A stretch of 64,000 nt of DNA from the NCBI RefSeq assembly GCF_963921235.1, contig NC_086097.1, positions 51,276,001 through 51,340,000 of the forward strand, written 5' to 3'. This stretch comes from Mobula hypostoma (lineage: Eukaryota). Below are positions 51,016-63,879 of the stretch, piece after piece. Position 1 is the first letter of the stretch. Each line of letters opens with the position of its first letter. The translations under genes were made by a program, and so were the position numbers. A model generated the notes under the pieces. It did not search any database, was not told the DNA's origin, and was given only the letters and a program-made list of their open reading frames with translations.

Positions 51016-52379
51016 TACAATTATGATTTATCATTGCTCAGAACACTAAAATGTCATTCATATTTAGCATTGCTGATCTCCAGTTCTATTCATGAGGTTG
51101 CTATCAATCTTGTGCTTCACTTAAAACAAGTGGAATGATTCAATCCAAGATCAAGTAGAAATATGGTGCATAGTAATGATTAATAAATTGATACAGGATT
51201 TCTGCATAACACAGTAAGTTTTTCATTATGCCAGCAGCACATGTAGCACATATAATATGAAAAATAGGAGATCATGAAAAAACTATTCATATTAAACAAA
51301 TATTTGAAAGAAAGAAACTAGCTGCTGATAGAAACTATTAAGCAAACAAGCTCACCATAACTATGAGGGAAATTGCTCATACTTTTACTTTCAAATCGAG
51401 ATTCAAATATAATTTATATATTTTCTGAACATCTTCAATGGTAGAAAAATAGTTATTTATAGCTACATTTTTATAAACAAAACATTAAAAATGCAATTTG
51501 ATGCTGGAGTGAAGCCAGCAGCATTCAAGAAATTTTTAAGAGATTAATTTACTAATTTATAGGTAGCTCCGCTCTAGAAATTTAAAATACACTAATTCAA
51601 TCTAATGTTGTACACACCAGTACATTCCTGACTTGCAGCAGGCATAAGGTGAAAAAGTTTTGGAAAATCAGTTAATGAGTCATTTATAGTAGGATTAATT
51701 TTCTTTGAATTATTCTTGTAGCCAGATTATTGTTATACCTGGTCCAGTTACATTTCAGGTCATTGATGGTTGGGAAACTTGCTGATGGCATTGCTGTAGT
51801 TAGTCCACTGAGAAGCAGTGAACCTCTCTTTCTGTGGATTGGTCGTTAACAAAGTGGAGTTGTTGGACATACCAGTGTGTCAGGGCGTACAGGGAAGTAA
51901 GGAGAGGGGAAACATGGTGTGGATCTAGAGGGCCAGATAGCCTCCAATGACTTAATATGCAACTTGTATTGGAACTCTCACTGCACTGGAGCAATACAAC
52001 AATCATTACCTCTGCAAAATCTTCGAAACTATTTGAAGAATAGGTGAACTAATGTCAGTGTTCTTTTTCAAACTAACTAACACAAAGGTCTGACCTTAAC
52101 CAACCAACACTAGTGGATGGGCCACATTCTCTGCATACTTACCAACTGACTTCAAGCAGCCAGACTTCGAAGTTTATCATGGCAAGTCATTTCCAGGAAG
52201 AAAGAACTTTGAGGACATTCTCAGAATATCCTTATAAATGGGGAATCGGAATATTAATGTCACTTTTCCAGGATACAGTGAAAAACCTTAGTCTTGGATG
52301 CCATCCATAAAGATGATGTAAAAACGCATGTACTTTGAGGTAGTACAAGGGAAAAGCACTAACATAATGAAAAATATAA

Positions 52380-53270
52380 AGTTGTAGTTACAGAGAAGGA
52401 AGTACTGTGCAGATAGACTAGGTGAGAGAGCCATGATTAGCTATGTTGTGTTGTTAAGCTTCATCTGTTCGAGAGTCTAACAACAGCAGAATAGAAGCTG
52501 TCACTGACCCACCTGGTGCATGCTTTCAAGCTTTTGTTTCCTCTACCCATTGGGGGTGTGGGGAAGGAACAGTTAAAATGAGAACGTCTGGGCTGAGAGT
52601 CTTTGATTACCCCAACTGCTTTTTCTGAGGCAGCATGGTGGAAAAAGATTCCAAGGGAATGAGGATAGCTTTCATGCGGGATTGATTATGTCCCAACTCC
52701 CTGCAATTTCTTACAATCTTGGCCAGAACAATTGCCATACCAGGCTGTGATGCATCTGGATAAGTTGCTTTCTGGGGTGCACCAATAAAATTTGGTGAGG
52801 ATCAGTGGGGCCATGTGTTCTGATGAAGTAGGGGTGCTGATATGCTTTCTTGGCCATAGCATGGTTGGAGCCGGATGAAATATTGGTGAGGTTTATATCT
52901 AGGAAATTGAAGGTCTTGATAATCTCCGCCTCAACACCATTGGAACATTTGGGGACATGTGCATAACCCTGCTTCCTGATTCCTTAATAATTGCTGACAT
53001 TGAGGGAAAGGTTGTTGTCAATACACCATATCACTAGGCTTCTTGTCTTCCTTCCTATATTCTGACTCATCGTTGTGGGATTGGGCCCATTATGATGGGG
53101 TCATCTGTGAAACTGTGAATGGAGTTAAGCACATTTTGACCATGCATTCATGAATAAATATGACACAAAGTAGGGGGTTGAGAAGACAGCATTTTGGGTC
53201 ACTTGTGTTTTGGTTAATAGTGACAGAGATATCACTAAACTCTGTTTACTGTTTGCATCTGTCTGTTTAG
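52380..53270 (-). mobile_element. Old Rex1-like LINE fragment
   Basis: Minus-strand remnants of NNLSLNVS and LHQ...NFYWC motifs; heavily mutated. Confidence 0.55.
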
Positions 53271-54216
53271 AAGACACGGTTCCAATTGCCAAAAAGGTAA
53301 CTCATGGAAATGCTTGGCCCAAGGCCCGTCAAAATGTGAAGAGACATCTGGAAAGGTGCTGAAAGCTTAGAATCTCTCCTACATGGACATGGAGGCCTAG
53401 GGCAAGCAGCAGAAACAGCCAAGAGCTCAATCAAACCCAGAACCCTGCTGCACATCACCTGTCTCAACGTCTCACTTGCCAGGTCAGAATGCACAGACAT
53501 GCAGTGAAAGCACGCCATTCTCAGCCCTGAGAGACTGATGGCTTCAATGTTAATTGCTATTTATCAGTCTAGTCCTGATCACTGCCCACATCTTATTTCA
53601 TTGAGATAAGGATGGTCTTTTATCTGAGGAACTGCAAATTGGAATTCAATTGTGCAATCAATAATTAACCCCTCCAGTGCTAACTTTTGAAGGAGATTAA
53701 AGTCACTTATATAGCTGGACCCCAATACTATGCTGAGGAACCAGTGCCATGACTGGGGGAATGGAAACCAGGAGATTAAATCTATTTGCATAATCCTTCT
53801 GTGGGAGGCGTTCTGCATTCTTCCTCTTACTTGCAATTATTTTTAGCATGACAAATGTCAAGTCGAATTCAAAATGCCTGTAGTATGTCTGAAAGTTCAC
53901 ATCTGAATGGTTGAGTTCAGAGAAGTAATCTGTTTATTTTCAACTCCCCAAAGTCTTCATTGATAAATTGACAAATACCCTTGGTCACAGTTATGTGTAT
54001 TGAAGATTTTGCAACAAAAACTATAGTGAGGTTTGCAAATAGGACAGCATATGCAATGCTTATGTATTTAGAATATTATTTCTTTTAATGTAGCTGTTAA
54101 TGCAAAGCTAGATTAGTGGTAACTGGGCTAAGGAAAACAGAACAAATATGTCCTTTACTCTAAACATTTATCATTTCAATTCCCTTGTGATCTCACCTGC
54201 TGCTCCAGCCAAGTAA

Positions 54217-55074
54217 GGCTACGTCCACACTAGACCAGAGAAATCCGTAACTGAAGCTTTTTCTCTTTGTTTTGACCCTCCGTCCACACTGAAACGGTGT
54301 CTTCCTCCCCCGAAAACAGAGCTTTTCTAAAACACTCTCCAGAGTGTTTAAAATCTGAAAATGCTGATTGGGCAGAGTAGTGTGGATGGGGTAAACGGCT
54401 AATTTAAAAAATACCGTCATGAACAAATAGTGGCAGCGTGGCATTTCATTGTTTTCTTGAACGCAACCTCCAACACCACAACAATATCTGACAATAGATG
54501 TGTAACAGCCTAATGTAACATTGTATGGAAATACAAGATAACACTGATGCAGACATGTTTTATACATTTAACAAGGTGCTTTATTAATGTATTGCTTGTG
54601 CAAACATTCAATAGATGCAATTGTCACTTTTGCCCAGTAACTCGTTTTATTGAACATGTTAAATACAGCAAAATAATACACAAAGACATGGCAAAAGGCA
54701 AACAAATGAGGTAACAGCAAATTTCACTTTTGGCCAGTAACAAGCCTTATCGCATTTAGTTGTAGCTGTTGTCCCTTTCATCGATGAAGATCCTATGGCT
54801 GTAGGAAATATTTTTGGACAAATGCGCACCAAGTCTTTCGTTTGGCAATTTCCTTTTTAAGTTTTTCTCATCTGTAACTGGACAAACCAAGTATACCGTT
54901 TCCTCTTCGCTTGTTTTCTGTGTGACCTGCGCATGCCCAGCAGGAGGAGATTCGCCCAGATACCCATTTTAACGTAGACAGAGGTATTTTCAAAAACGCC
55001 TGGTGTGGATGCCTAACCGGTTTTTACGCGAAACCAGCGTTTTCAAAATTATCCGGTCTAGTGTGGACGTAGCC
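54217..55074. mobile_element. PIF/Harbinger-like non-autonomous DNA transposon
   Basis: Perfect 20-bp TIR GGCTACGTCCACACTAGACC / GGTCTAGTGTGGACGTAGCC; 3-bp TAA TSD (54214-54216 and 55075-55077); internal tccacac/gtgtgga repeats. Confidence 0.9.
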
Positions 55075-55523
55075 TAAGTAACCAGTTGGTAGAGGCAATG
55101 GTGTACGTGGGTGATTGGGTTGTGATGGTTAGGTCAAACATGCAGATTGACGATAACTTGCTTCCATTTTGATTTTATGGTTCTGAGGTGGTCTCCAGTT
55201 ACCTTGGGCTCCTTGCCATTAATCAAGAACTTGTCCTACGAAGCCCATCTGATAGCTAGTATGCAACAACTCTCATATTAAAATACACAACACATAGGCA
55301 ACTTCCAGTGCACCATATGATGGTCAGAGAATGGAATGACAGCATTTTCAGTAACATTGCTTAGCAAGTCAGATGCTTTTGGCATTAACATTGCTCATCT
55401 TGGATAAGACTGTGGTTCCCCCACTGACCTCATCAACCACCTCACAAAGCACAAAATCAAAATGGAAGCAAGTTATCTTTAAACCCGAGGGACTGCCTGA
55501 GAAATGTAGCTTGATCAAAAGGG

Positions 55524-55661
55524 CAAACACGAAGAAATCTGCAGATGCTGGAAATTCAAGCAACACACACAAAATGCTGGTGGGACGGGGCTAGGCAGCA
55601 TCTATGGGAAGAGGTACAGTCAATGTTTCGGGCCAAGACCCTTTGTCAGTCCCGAGTTGCC
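55524..55661 (-). mobile_element. Short Penelope-like terminal fragment
   Basis: tctgcagatgctggaaat.caagcaacacacacaaaatgctgg...tttcgggccaagaccctt terminus, flanked by 12-bp direct repeat tgatcaaaaggg (55512-55523 and 55662-55673). Confidence 0.75.
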
Positions 55662-58600
55662 TGATCAAAAGGGGTCATCTTTTGACTAATAGAGTACAAT
55701 TCACAACTTGAGTCTGTAGAATTGTGAGTTCAAGCATATCGCTAAGGATTTAGAGTTTCTCTTTGTGTAAGCATGGAAATGAATGTTTTTTGCTGAATAT
55801 ATTGCCTTTCAGATAAAATGTTAACTGATCATCACACACAATCACTATCCGTTAATCCCGGAAAGACCCATATACAAGGACAGGATAAACCTCAATGGCA
55901 AAAGAGTTTGGTCAGAAGTCAAACATCTTGTTGTAACGTGCTACATCTTGCTTACGTAACATATGCAAACTTATTAGATACACACGATGGGAGCTATTTG
56001 GATGAAGCACTGCAGAATTGGTAGAACTTGTAAATAAATAACATGCATATCTTCAAATTCTGCTGCACATTCAAAGAGCTCAAGTGTTGCAAACCATGAG
56101 TTGGTTATGTGTTGAAGTCTACATAGTTGGTGCACTTCCAGCATTAGGTATGTGACTAGGTACAGTATGTCAATACATAACCTAGTATTAAATGTCAGAC
56201 TTCAAGCACAAAAGGCCGAACAATGATGGTTCTTTAACCCTCGGTGTTCCTTTGACTAATAGTGAACAAATGCTGAGAGGATTAAGATGTGACAGTGTTG
56301 TTTACAGAAATATGGTGCAGGTGGCTTTTTGTTTATGATGGTATCCAGCAGAATCTCCATAGTGATGAGCGGCTTAGTTAACCTCACCCCAGCACTGAAT
56401 CATGGACTCATGTCACAGTCGTTCACTGGATTTCACATTTGACCAAATGGAACTATTTCTTCAACTTACATTTGTGAATTGAAACAAATGTACTACAAGA
56501 GGCAAACAAAAATGAAAAACAAAAGGCAACTTCCTGCCTTTCATAGTGCATTAAAAAAAATCTGGAATAGCAGCGACTGCAGCAAATTACTTACAATAGC
56601 AAATAGATAATTATGAGCACAGGGGAAAAGGATAAAAATACACAAAAGGACTACCCAATTGACCATGAGCAAACCATTCAATTAAGGATTTATGCAAATT
56701 ATTCTGTACCTTCAAAGGCTCCTTAAACAGGTGAAGCATTAATACCAATGTGTGTTTTTCATACAGATCCCTCACAAGTGCTAAGGCGACTTCTACAATG
56801 GGATCAGCTTTAGGGACTTTGGATGCTCGAAAGGCCTTTCATAAAGTAGCTGTGCCATTATAGAGATAGCAGGGGAAACCAGCCAGATCTCAGATCAATG
56901 GAGATGATGGAATTACACAATGGAAAGAATTTCCCTGGTAGAAAGGTGGATCAAAGCTTTAGTCAAGGGGTGTGTTTTGGTGTTAGGGCGAGTTGTCAGG
57001 GGGTGTGGGGGACGTAGTTACTGGGATATTTGTGTGCTGTTGGAAGTTAGCGGCGTCATTGATATTGGGAAGGGAGTGTCTCTGATACAGGAGGGGATTT
57101 GAAGAAGACTCACTATAATTAGCAGTGAGGACTATGTTTAAAAGTCATTAAAGAATTTAGCAATAAGATCATTGAGGTATCAAACTCCACGGACAAGGTG
57201 TTGTAGCTGGCCTTGAATTTACATTTGTTTCTGCTGGTGTGCCCTGTGCAGATTGCAAGCTATGTACATGCCAGTACCATAGTGTGAACACATATGGAAT
57301 TCTGAAAGGAATTTAGCAGCCTCCCAGAACAATGCAGTTTGGGTTAAGGAATTGATTCTGATTCAAGACGTTGAAATACAAAAGGATTTCTTGTTATTAG
57401 AGATCCCATTTACCCTATAAAATGTTTATTGGAGAAATGTAGTGTAAAGTGATTTTTCCAAGGTGTCAATGTTTTAATAAATAGACCCATTAAGGTACAA
57501 AGCATGCACAAAACTAATTTTACCCAGATAGAATTGCAGTAGGAAATATTTCTGAACAAAATCATATTCACTGAGAAACTGGATCAAGCACTTCTGCTGA
57601 CATTTTCCTAACATCAGTGGTGTACATAACAAAGTCACAAGCTGTGCACTGCACATTCCCCCCATTGCTGCTTTGGACTTTCTCTGTGCACCTCTGACCC
57701 ATGTTGAAACCTCTGAGCACAATATGCTGAAGTTTGCCATAAGCTTAAAGCACCAACACTGTGACATCAATGTCATCCACATAGCATCTGCCAGTCTGAG
57801 TTTTTAGTGGTTGGGATAATGACATCTACATCCGTGATGCTCCCGTCCCCATTCAGGGGTTTTGTTCAGATCTGTGCCTCAGGCTAATCACCAGCCCTGT
57901 GATCAGCATGTACCTTGCACTGGCTGGCAGCTTCTCACAGCGTGCGAGATGATCCAGGCAGACCATGCTGTGAGGGTTGCCCAGACGCACGACATCACAG
58001 TGTCCCCGCGCTCTTCAGTTTTCCTCCATCTCCTTGGCAACCTTTGCTGCAGCTGTTCTGCAGCTGCACGAGACCACCTCTTTACATTCTGAAATATTTC
58101 CCTGTGATCAGCATGGCAAAAGGCATGGAAATATGAACAAGTCCCATTGGGAAACTCTCACCACTCACTTTAGAGCAGTGCGTTATCTGCAAACTGCCAG
58201 ACAGCTTCCAGTCTCAGGCTTTTTGACAGGAAATCTGTTCATTTTGCTAAGGCTGTCAATCAGGAAATTTCTTCTGTTCAATACACCGAATTAAAGTGAA
58301 ATTTGATTAATGTGAGAAATCCAACTGCTATAAACAGAATCAAGCCATTCTAAAAGTGTAAGGCTATATTCTGCCAGTTTTGCTCCAGAATCTTTGTTGC
58401 TGGCAGCCTCATGGCTACTGTGGTAAATTCTGCATGAGACAAAGCAGTATCATTCAGAGCATCGGAAGTTCACTTCCTCAGCCTTCTGTGTCTGTCAGAG
58501 TGACCACTGATCTTTCATCAACTAATTAGAGTTCCCACCCATTGTCATGTGTGACTGACACCCCCACCTCCTCCTCATCACAGGATCTCCTTCCTCCATG

Positions 58601-59667
58601 ACTCTGCTTAATTTTAAAGCACACCTGCAAAATGGGCAAAAGTACTTGAAGTTTTTTTTGTGTGACTGTACTACTGCAGGACTCTACCGCTTCATGACAT
58701 TTAAGTAGATAAATGCAGCAAGAACATTAACAGACTTGTTGTGAATAAATAAATGTCACCTCACACAAGTGTCAGTATTCAAACTTCAGTTTTTAAAAAC
58801 ACAATAAAAGATAACATTTTCCCAGTAATGTGTCTTTCCTTGCCATCTGCTGCTGTGTTCTCTGTGGAGTTTGAAATGTACAAACAACATACGTGCAGGA
58901 ATTCAAAATCACCTCAAATACAGATCTGCAGTCCAAATAATTATCGAGTCAGCAACGAAATTTAGAATATCTCACTTTAAAAATGAAGGCTTAGAGTTGC
59001 GAGTGGGGTGGCGGGGGGAGATTGTTGGGTAGTAACATTGGAATATCACAAATGGTGATAAAAATATTAACTTACTGTAAGCTGTTGCACTGAACTTTCA
59101 TACCGTCATGGTACAATGCAGGCAGCAAATTCTCAGTCGCCTTTACTGTTGCAGATACATTTTGACTGCCCACACTTCTAGTGCTCTCTAGAGTAGGGCT
59201 GCCACATGATTAGAGATTTTTCATTTAGTTAAAGTGCAACACGTTCCATTTTTGAGCAGTGGTCTCATTAATCACTCAGCAGAGCTTGCTATTTCTCAAA
59301 TAAACAAACAAGGAATCCGGCCTTTCATTAATGTATTCCCCTCACTCTCATTTGTCGCCATAGTTTGAAATTTATTTGCCTGTAATACCTTGAACAACAA
59401 TATATTGCGTTTAACATCTACCGTAACCTAAACATTTCCTCCTGAAAAAAAATTGTATATTTGGGATGATCTATCAATGTGCAAAGGCTGCGGATAAATT
59501 ACTACACACAAAATCTTGTGAACTGTTTCTACAAACAGATTTTACCCAAGGTCTCATACAGAAAGCCTTTGTTTGCGAAGGCCTTCTGAAACCAGCTTTC
59601 TATTGTTGCATTCAAACACCCTAGGTCAGGATCATGTGTAGAAAATACAATGCACGGGGTTTTCTGA

Positions 59668-59930
59668 TGATGATGATGTCGACTCAGACCTGAGAGGCCA
59701 GCATCGGGCATTTTCATGCCTTACAAGGCACTGTTCGAAAGGCTGTGTGGGGCACCACTCCTCGCACAGACATTTCACAGTATTATTTTACGAGGCCGAG
59801 TTGCGAGCTCGACATCAACCCGGCGCGGATGGAGAGTGCGCATGGGGGCGGTCTGTCACTGGATCGAACTCAGGAACCTCCGTTCTCGAGCCCGGCGCTG
59901 ATCTCACTGTGCCACCAGCCAACCAAATAT
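59668..59930 (-). mobile_element. Young tRNA-derived SINE with (CAT)n tail
   Basis: Minus strand: A-box TGGCACAGTGAG, B-box GAGTTCGATCC, CpG-rich body, tail catcatcatca; TSD gttttctga at 59659-59667 and 59931-59939. Confidence 0.85.
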
Positions 59931-60659
59931 GTTTTCTGAACAACACAAATATTCTTCTTTCTGATGAAGGCATCACTCCATTCTCTTGTTATCATAAATA
60001 CAAATGTTAATGTGCCACAATGCAATAATACAGACTTGTAACACATTTTACGTCCAAATTCAGCTATGAGTGTAGAGTAACTAACCTTAAACAGCATTGT
60101 CATTTTGTGACTATGTGTATCAATCATCTTTCCCTCACTGGACTACTAGTTCAGATAAACAATGGACTAACTTTTTTTGACAACTGATTTGTATTGAAAA
60201 GTCAGTAACGAACCAACATATTTCATGACAATCTCCAACAAAGGTAAACCTGGCACTTCATGAGGTCTGTCATCTTCCTTGCATGAGATAGTAGCCTTTT
60301 GTTTTGATCAGGCTACCATGTCAAAAGCCCTGCTAAAATCTATATACAGTAGGCTAAGTAAATATACTGTCCTCATCAACCTTCCTTGATACCTCACAAA
60401 ACAATTCAATCAAGTTGGTACAAAATCACATTCTCATAGCAATCCTATGCTAATAGTGCCTTTCTAAATGAAGGTTTAAGCAGTCCGTTGGAAAAATTTA
60501 CATTAATTTGGCCACTACCGAAGGTAAACCAAGTTCATCTGTTCCTCTCAGTTTTAAACAAGGTCAGCTGTCCATCAAAAACAAAATTAACAATAATAAA
60601 GCCATAGAACAAAGATGATCAGTATCACCAACAACAGCACATTACTTCCTGGGCTTAAT

Positions 60660-61035
60660 GCATTCTATACTTGTTTGGTCACCAACTACCCTGACAGTCC
60701 GCATAATAAAAAACTCCCCTCACTCCAGATATTCTCTTCTCTCCCCTCTTCCATCGGGCAGAAGGTAAACAAGCCTGAAAGCACCTATCACCAGGCTCAA
60801 GGACAACTTCTACCTTGCTGTTAAAAGAACTTTGAATGACACTAGATGTCTTGGCCTCACAATCTACCTCATTATATTCTTGCACCTTTTTGTACACTTT
60901 CTCTGTAGCTGCTAAACTTTATTCTGCATTCTGTTATTATTTTACCTTGACTACCTCAAAGAACTATGGAATGATTTGATGTCTATGAACAATATGCAAG
61001 ACCACCTCAGTACATGTGACAAAAATAAGCCAATC
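60660..61035 (+). mobile_element. Rex1-like LINE 3' end (old)
   Basis: tcttctctcccctcttccatcgggcagaagg...caggctcaaggacaacttctacc motif; tail tacatgtgacaaaaataa. Confidence 0.65.
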
Positions 61036-62369
61036 TCATTTCCTCTGGCATCATTAGTGTAAACAAGGAGGACTGAAGATTGTAGCCACAGCTTACATAC
61101 CTCCCTCTTCTGCTCCTGTTAGTAGGCTGGGATACATTTATTTTGGATCTGGTGAATGACAAGCTCCTGAAACTTCTTTCTCAAAGCATATTCCATCTGT
61201 AATTCCACACTCTCTAACTTACTGCAATATCAGCAACAATCCCTCAAATGAAAGTTTTCCCAAATGTCCCCACATGTTGCATGTCCGAAACAGACCTTGC
61301 AACTTTCTTAGTTATTGTCTCGCCACCCAAAGAGCTACGGCCCTGACCTTTTCTTTGTAGGAACACCTTTGGCCTGAAATAGGCTTACCATTGAGAAGTT
61401 CTTTCCGGTCCACTTTTCGTAAATTAGTTTTTATCTTTGTCACATTGGTTTTACTTTCATTTAGAACCATTTTGATCACTATGTTAAATATAACTGAATT
61501 AGGAAATCTCCCACAAGAAAAGTGCTCTCCAAATCAATGACATGCTTTTATTTGTAGGTTCTGATATGGCTGATGAGGCCTGTGTAGATCGGTGGGTTAT
61601 TTGGGAAGATGTGCTCTTTCCTCATATCCTCATGTGATGCTACTGAGAAGTTGGAATGTTTACTGACTTCCTGAATACTTCTCCAAAACTGAGCAGTCAC
61701 ATACGGGGGGTTTGATGACTTTGTTTCTTAACCAAATAAAATGTGAGAATATCATTGAGGCATTTTCTCAGTTCTGGAAAACTCTTCTGGCATTGGAGTT
61801 CAGAGCAGCAAATTAATTTTGTGCTGCCGGTGGCAGCCCTGTGTTGAATGTGACCTACACTGGAATTGGCTCAGAGTTGAACAGAGCTTTGACGTTGGTG
61901 TTGCTGGTCTCAAGGAGTAAGTGGACATTGATCTGCTCATTTTGTTCTGGGTTTGAAGGATTTTGCAGAGAGAAAATTGGTGGTACTTTCAAAGTGCTTT
62001 CAGTACCTGCTGCAAGTCTTTCTCAGCCCTGAAGCATCCAGAAGGACAAGAATTCAGTATTTTGTGTCAAATTTGAAGTAATGGATTTCAAACTTTTTTT
62101 TTCTTACCCCAATTGGCAAATTGGAGCAGTGGAAAGTTCTGCCTTTAGTTTCATTTTAAATGAGGAGTGATATGGAAAGCAGATGCAGGTGTTCCAGGAT
62201 CTCAGAACAGATCTGGATTTTTAGGGGAAGAGGGTTGTGTGGTGGGGGTAGTTAGTAGAGAAACTTGGTTTTCTTGATGTTAAGTGTGAGGCCTATTCTC
62301 CTGGAAACTTCAATTTAAGTTTTAGACTTTTAATGTGCACTTGATGCAAGTTAATGAACTCCACCCAAT

Positions 62370-63130
62370 CTATGATTTTTACAACTTTACATCCCTCATC
62401 TGTTCGGTCCTCAGCTGTTTTCACTTCAGAGAAAACAAACCAAGTCCATTCAACCTCGCCTCATAACTGAAGTCTTTCAATCCGGGCAATTTCCTCATTA
62501 AACTCCTGTGTATGCTCTCCAGTGCAACATCATCCTTCCCACGGTTTGATGCTTAGAACTGTACATTATATTCCAAGTGTAATGTAGGCAGTGCTTTGTA
62601 AAATAGCAATATAATGTCTTAACTTTCATATTGTGCCTCCTACACCAACCTATCTACTTGCATTTCAGGTCTTGAGTTTTTAGGATTCCCTGTTCTGCAA
62701 CATTCCTTGGTGCCCTAGCATTTACTGTACATGTCCTACCAGTTTGACTTCTCAAAATGCATTACCGCACATTCGTCAAGATTAAATTCCATCTGCCAAG
62801 GGTTTGCTTAATTTTGATCTGGTCTACATCTTACTGTAGTATTGTACAATCTTCCTTGCTATCCACAATATCACCAATTGTCATGTCATTCACAAACTTT
62901 CTAATTGTACCTATGACACTTACATCCAAGTCATTAAAATATGTTATGGATAACAAAAGTCCCAGCAATAATACACGCAGGTCACAGAACTTCAATTAGA
63001 AAGGCATCCTTCAACGACTACCTTACGACCAAGCCAAATTTGAATCTGATTAGCCGAGACACATTAGATCCAATGTGCAGCTTTCCTTCTGAACCAGCCC
63101 ACCACACTGACCTTGTCAACTGGCTTACTA
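62370..63130 (-). mobile_element. Old CR1 fragment
   Basis: Minus-strand agaaagtttgtgaatgaca (KF..D), tggcagatggaatttaat (WQMEFN) and ttggaatataatgtacagttct remnants. Confidence 0.65.
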
Positions 63131-63879
63131 GTATGTGACAGCATGGAGCCAAGGACACTCACATCACAAACAGCCTAGGTCGACGAGACAATTGCAGTGT
63201 TACTTCCAACAAATGCCGCCCAACCGTCTCTCTTTTGATAAACTTTCCTCCACTCTTGCCTCTTTACAGATTGTGTCCTAGGACGTTGGAGCTGGAAGTT
63301 TTAACATTATCGGAGGAGGAGCACACTTGCTTGGGCTCTTTCCATTCACCAGTTCTTTAGGTCACATTTCTTTTTGTTGGATTGCGGTCTTCGATTGCCT
63401 GAGCAACTGCTTTCTTTTTTCCTGAGTGACCAGGGCAACAGTGGACTTGTCACTAGCAATGCCAAATGGCTACCAAGGATAGGTGGTCAGACTCTTCCTT
63501 ATTGGAGACAATCAGGCACGTTTGTGGTCTGATTTTATATGTTATTCAGATCTTGCAGGCATGGACTGCTTCACTTGCACCATCCATCACAATACGATGG
63601 ACTAAATTAGGTTCTGCTCATTAACTAATCATCCAGCAACCTCAAGTATATTACACTGTTTTTAGTAAATATATTGTAGTAATGATGATAAACATAAACA
63701 TCGAAAATAAGAGGTAAGAAAAATAACATAGCTTCATCTTGAGATAGATCATGATAAGGAAGGAAGTGCAAAGCTTCACCAGTAATGTACTCATTTTGAG
63801 ATGGTAATCTGATCAGCTCAGCTGTAGGAACAGCTTGTCATAATGATGCTGTCACTCCAGACACAAAATGCGCTCTTAC

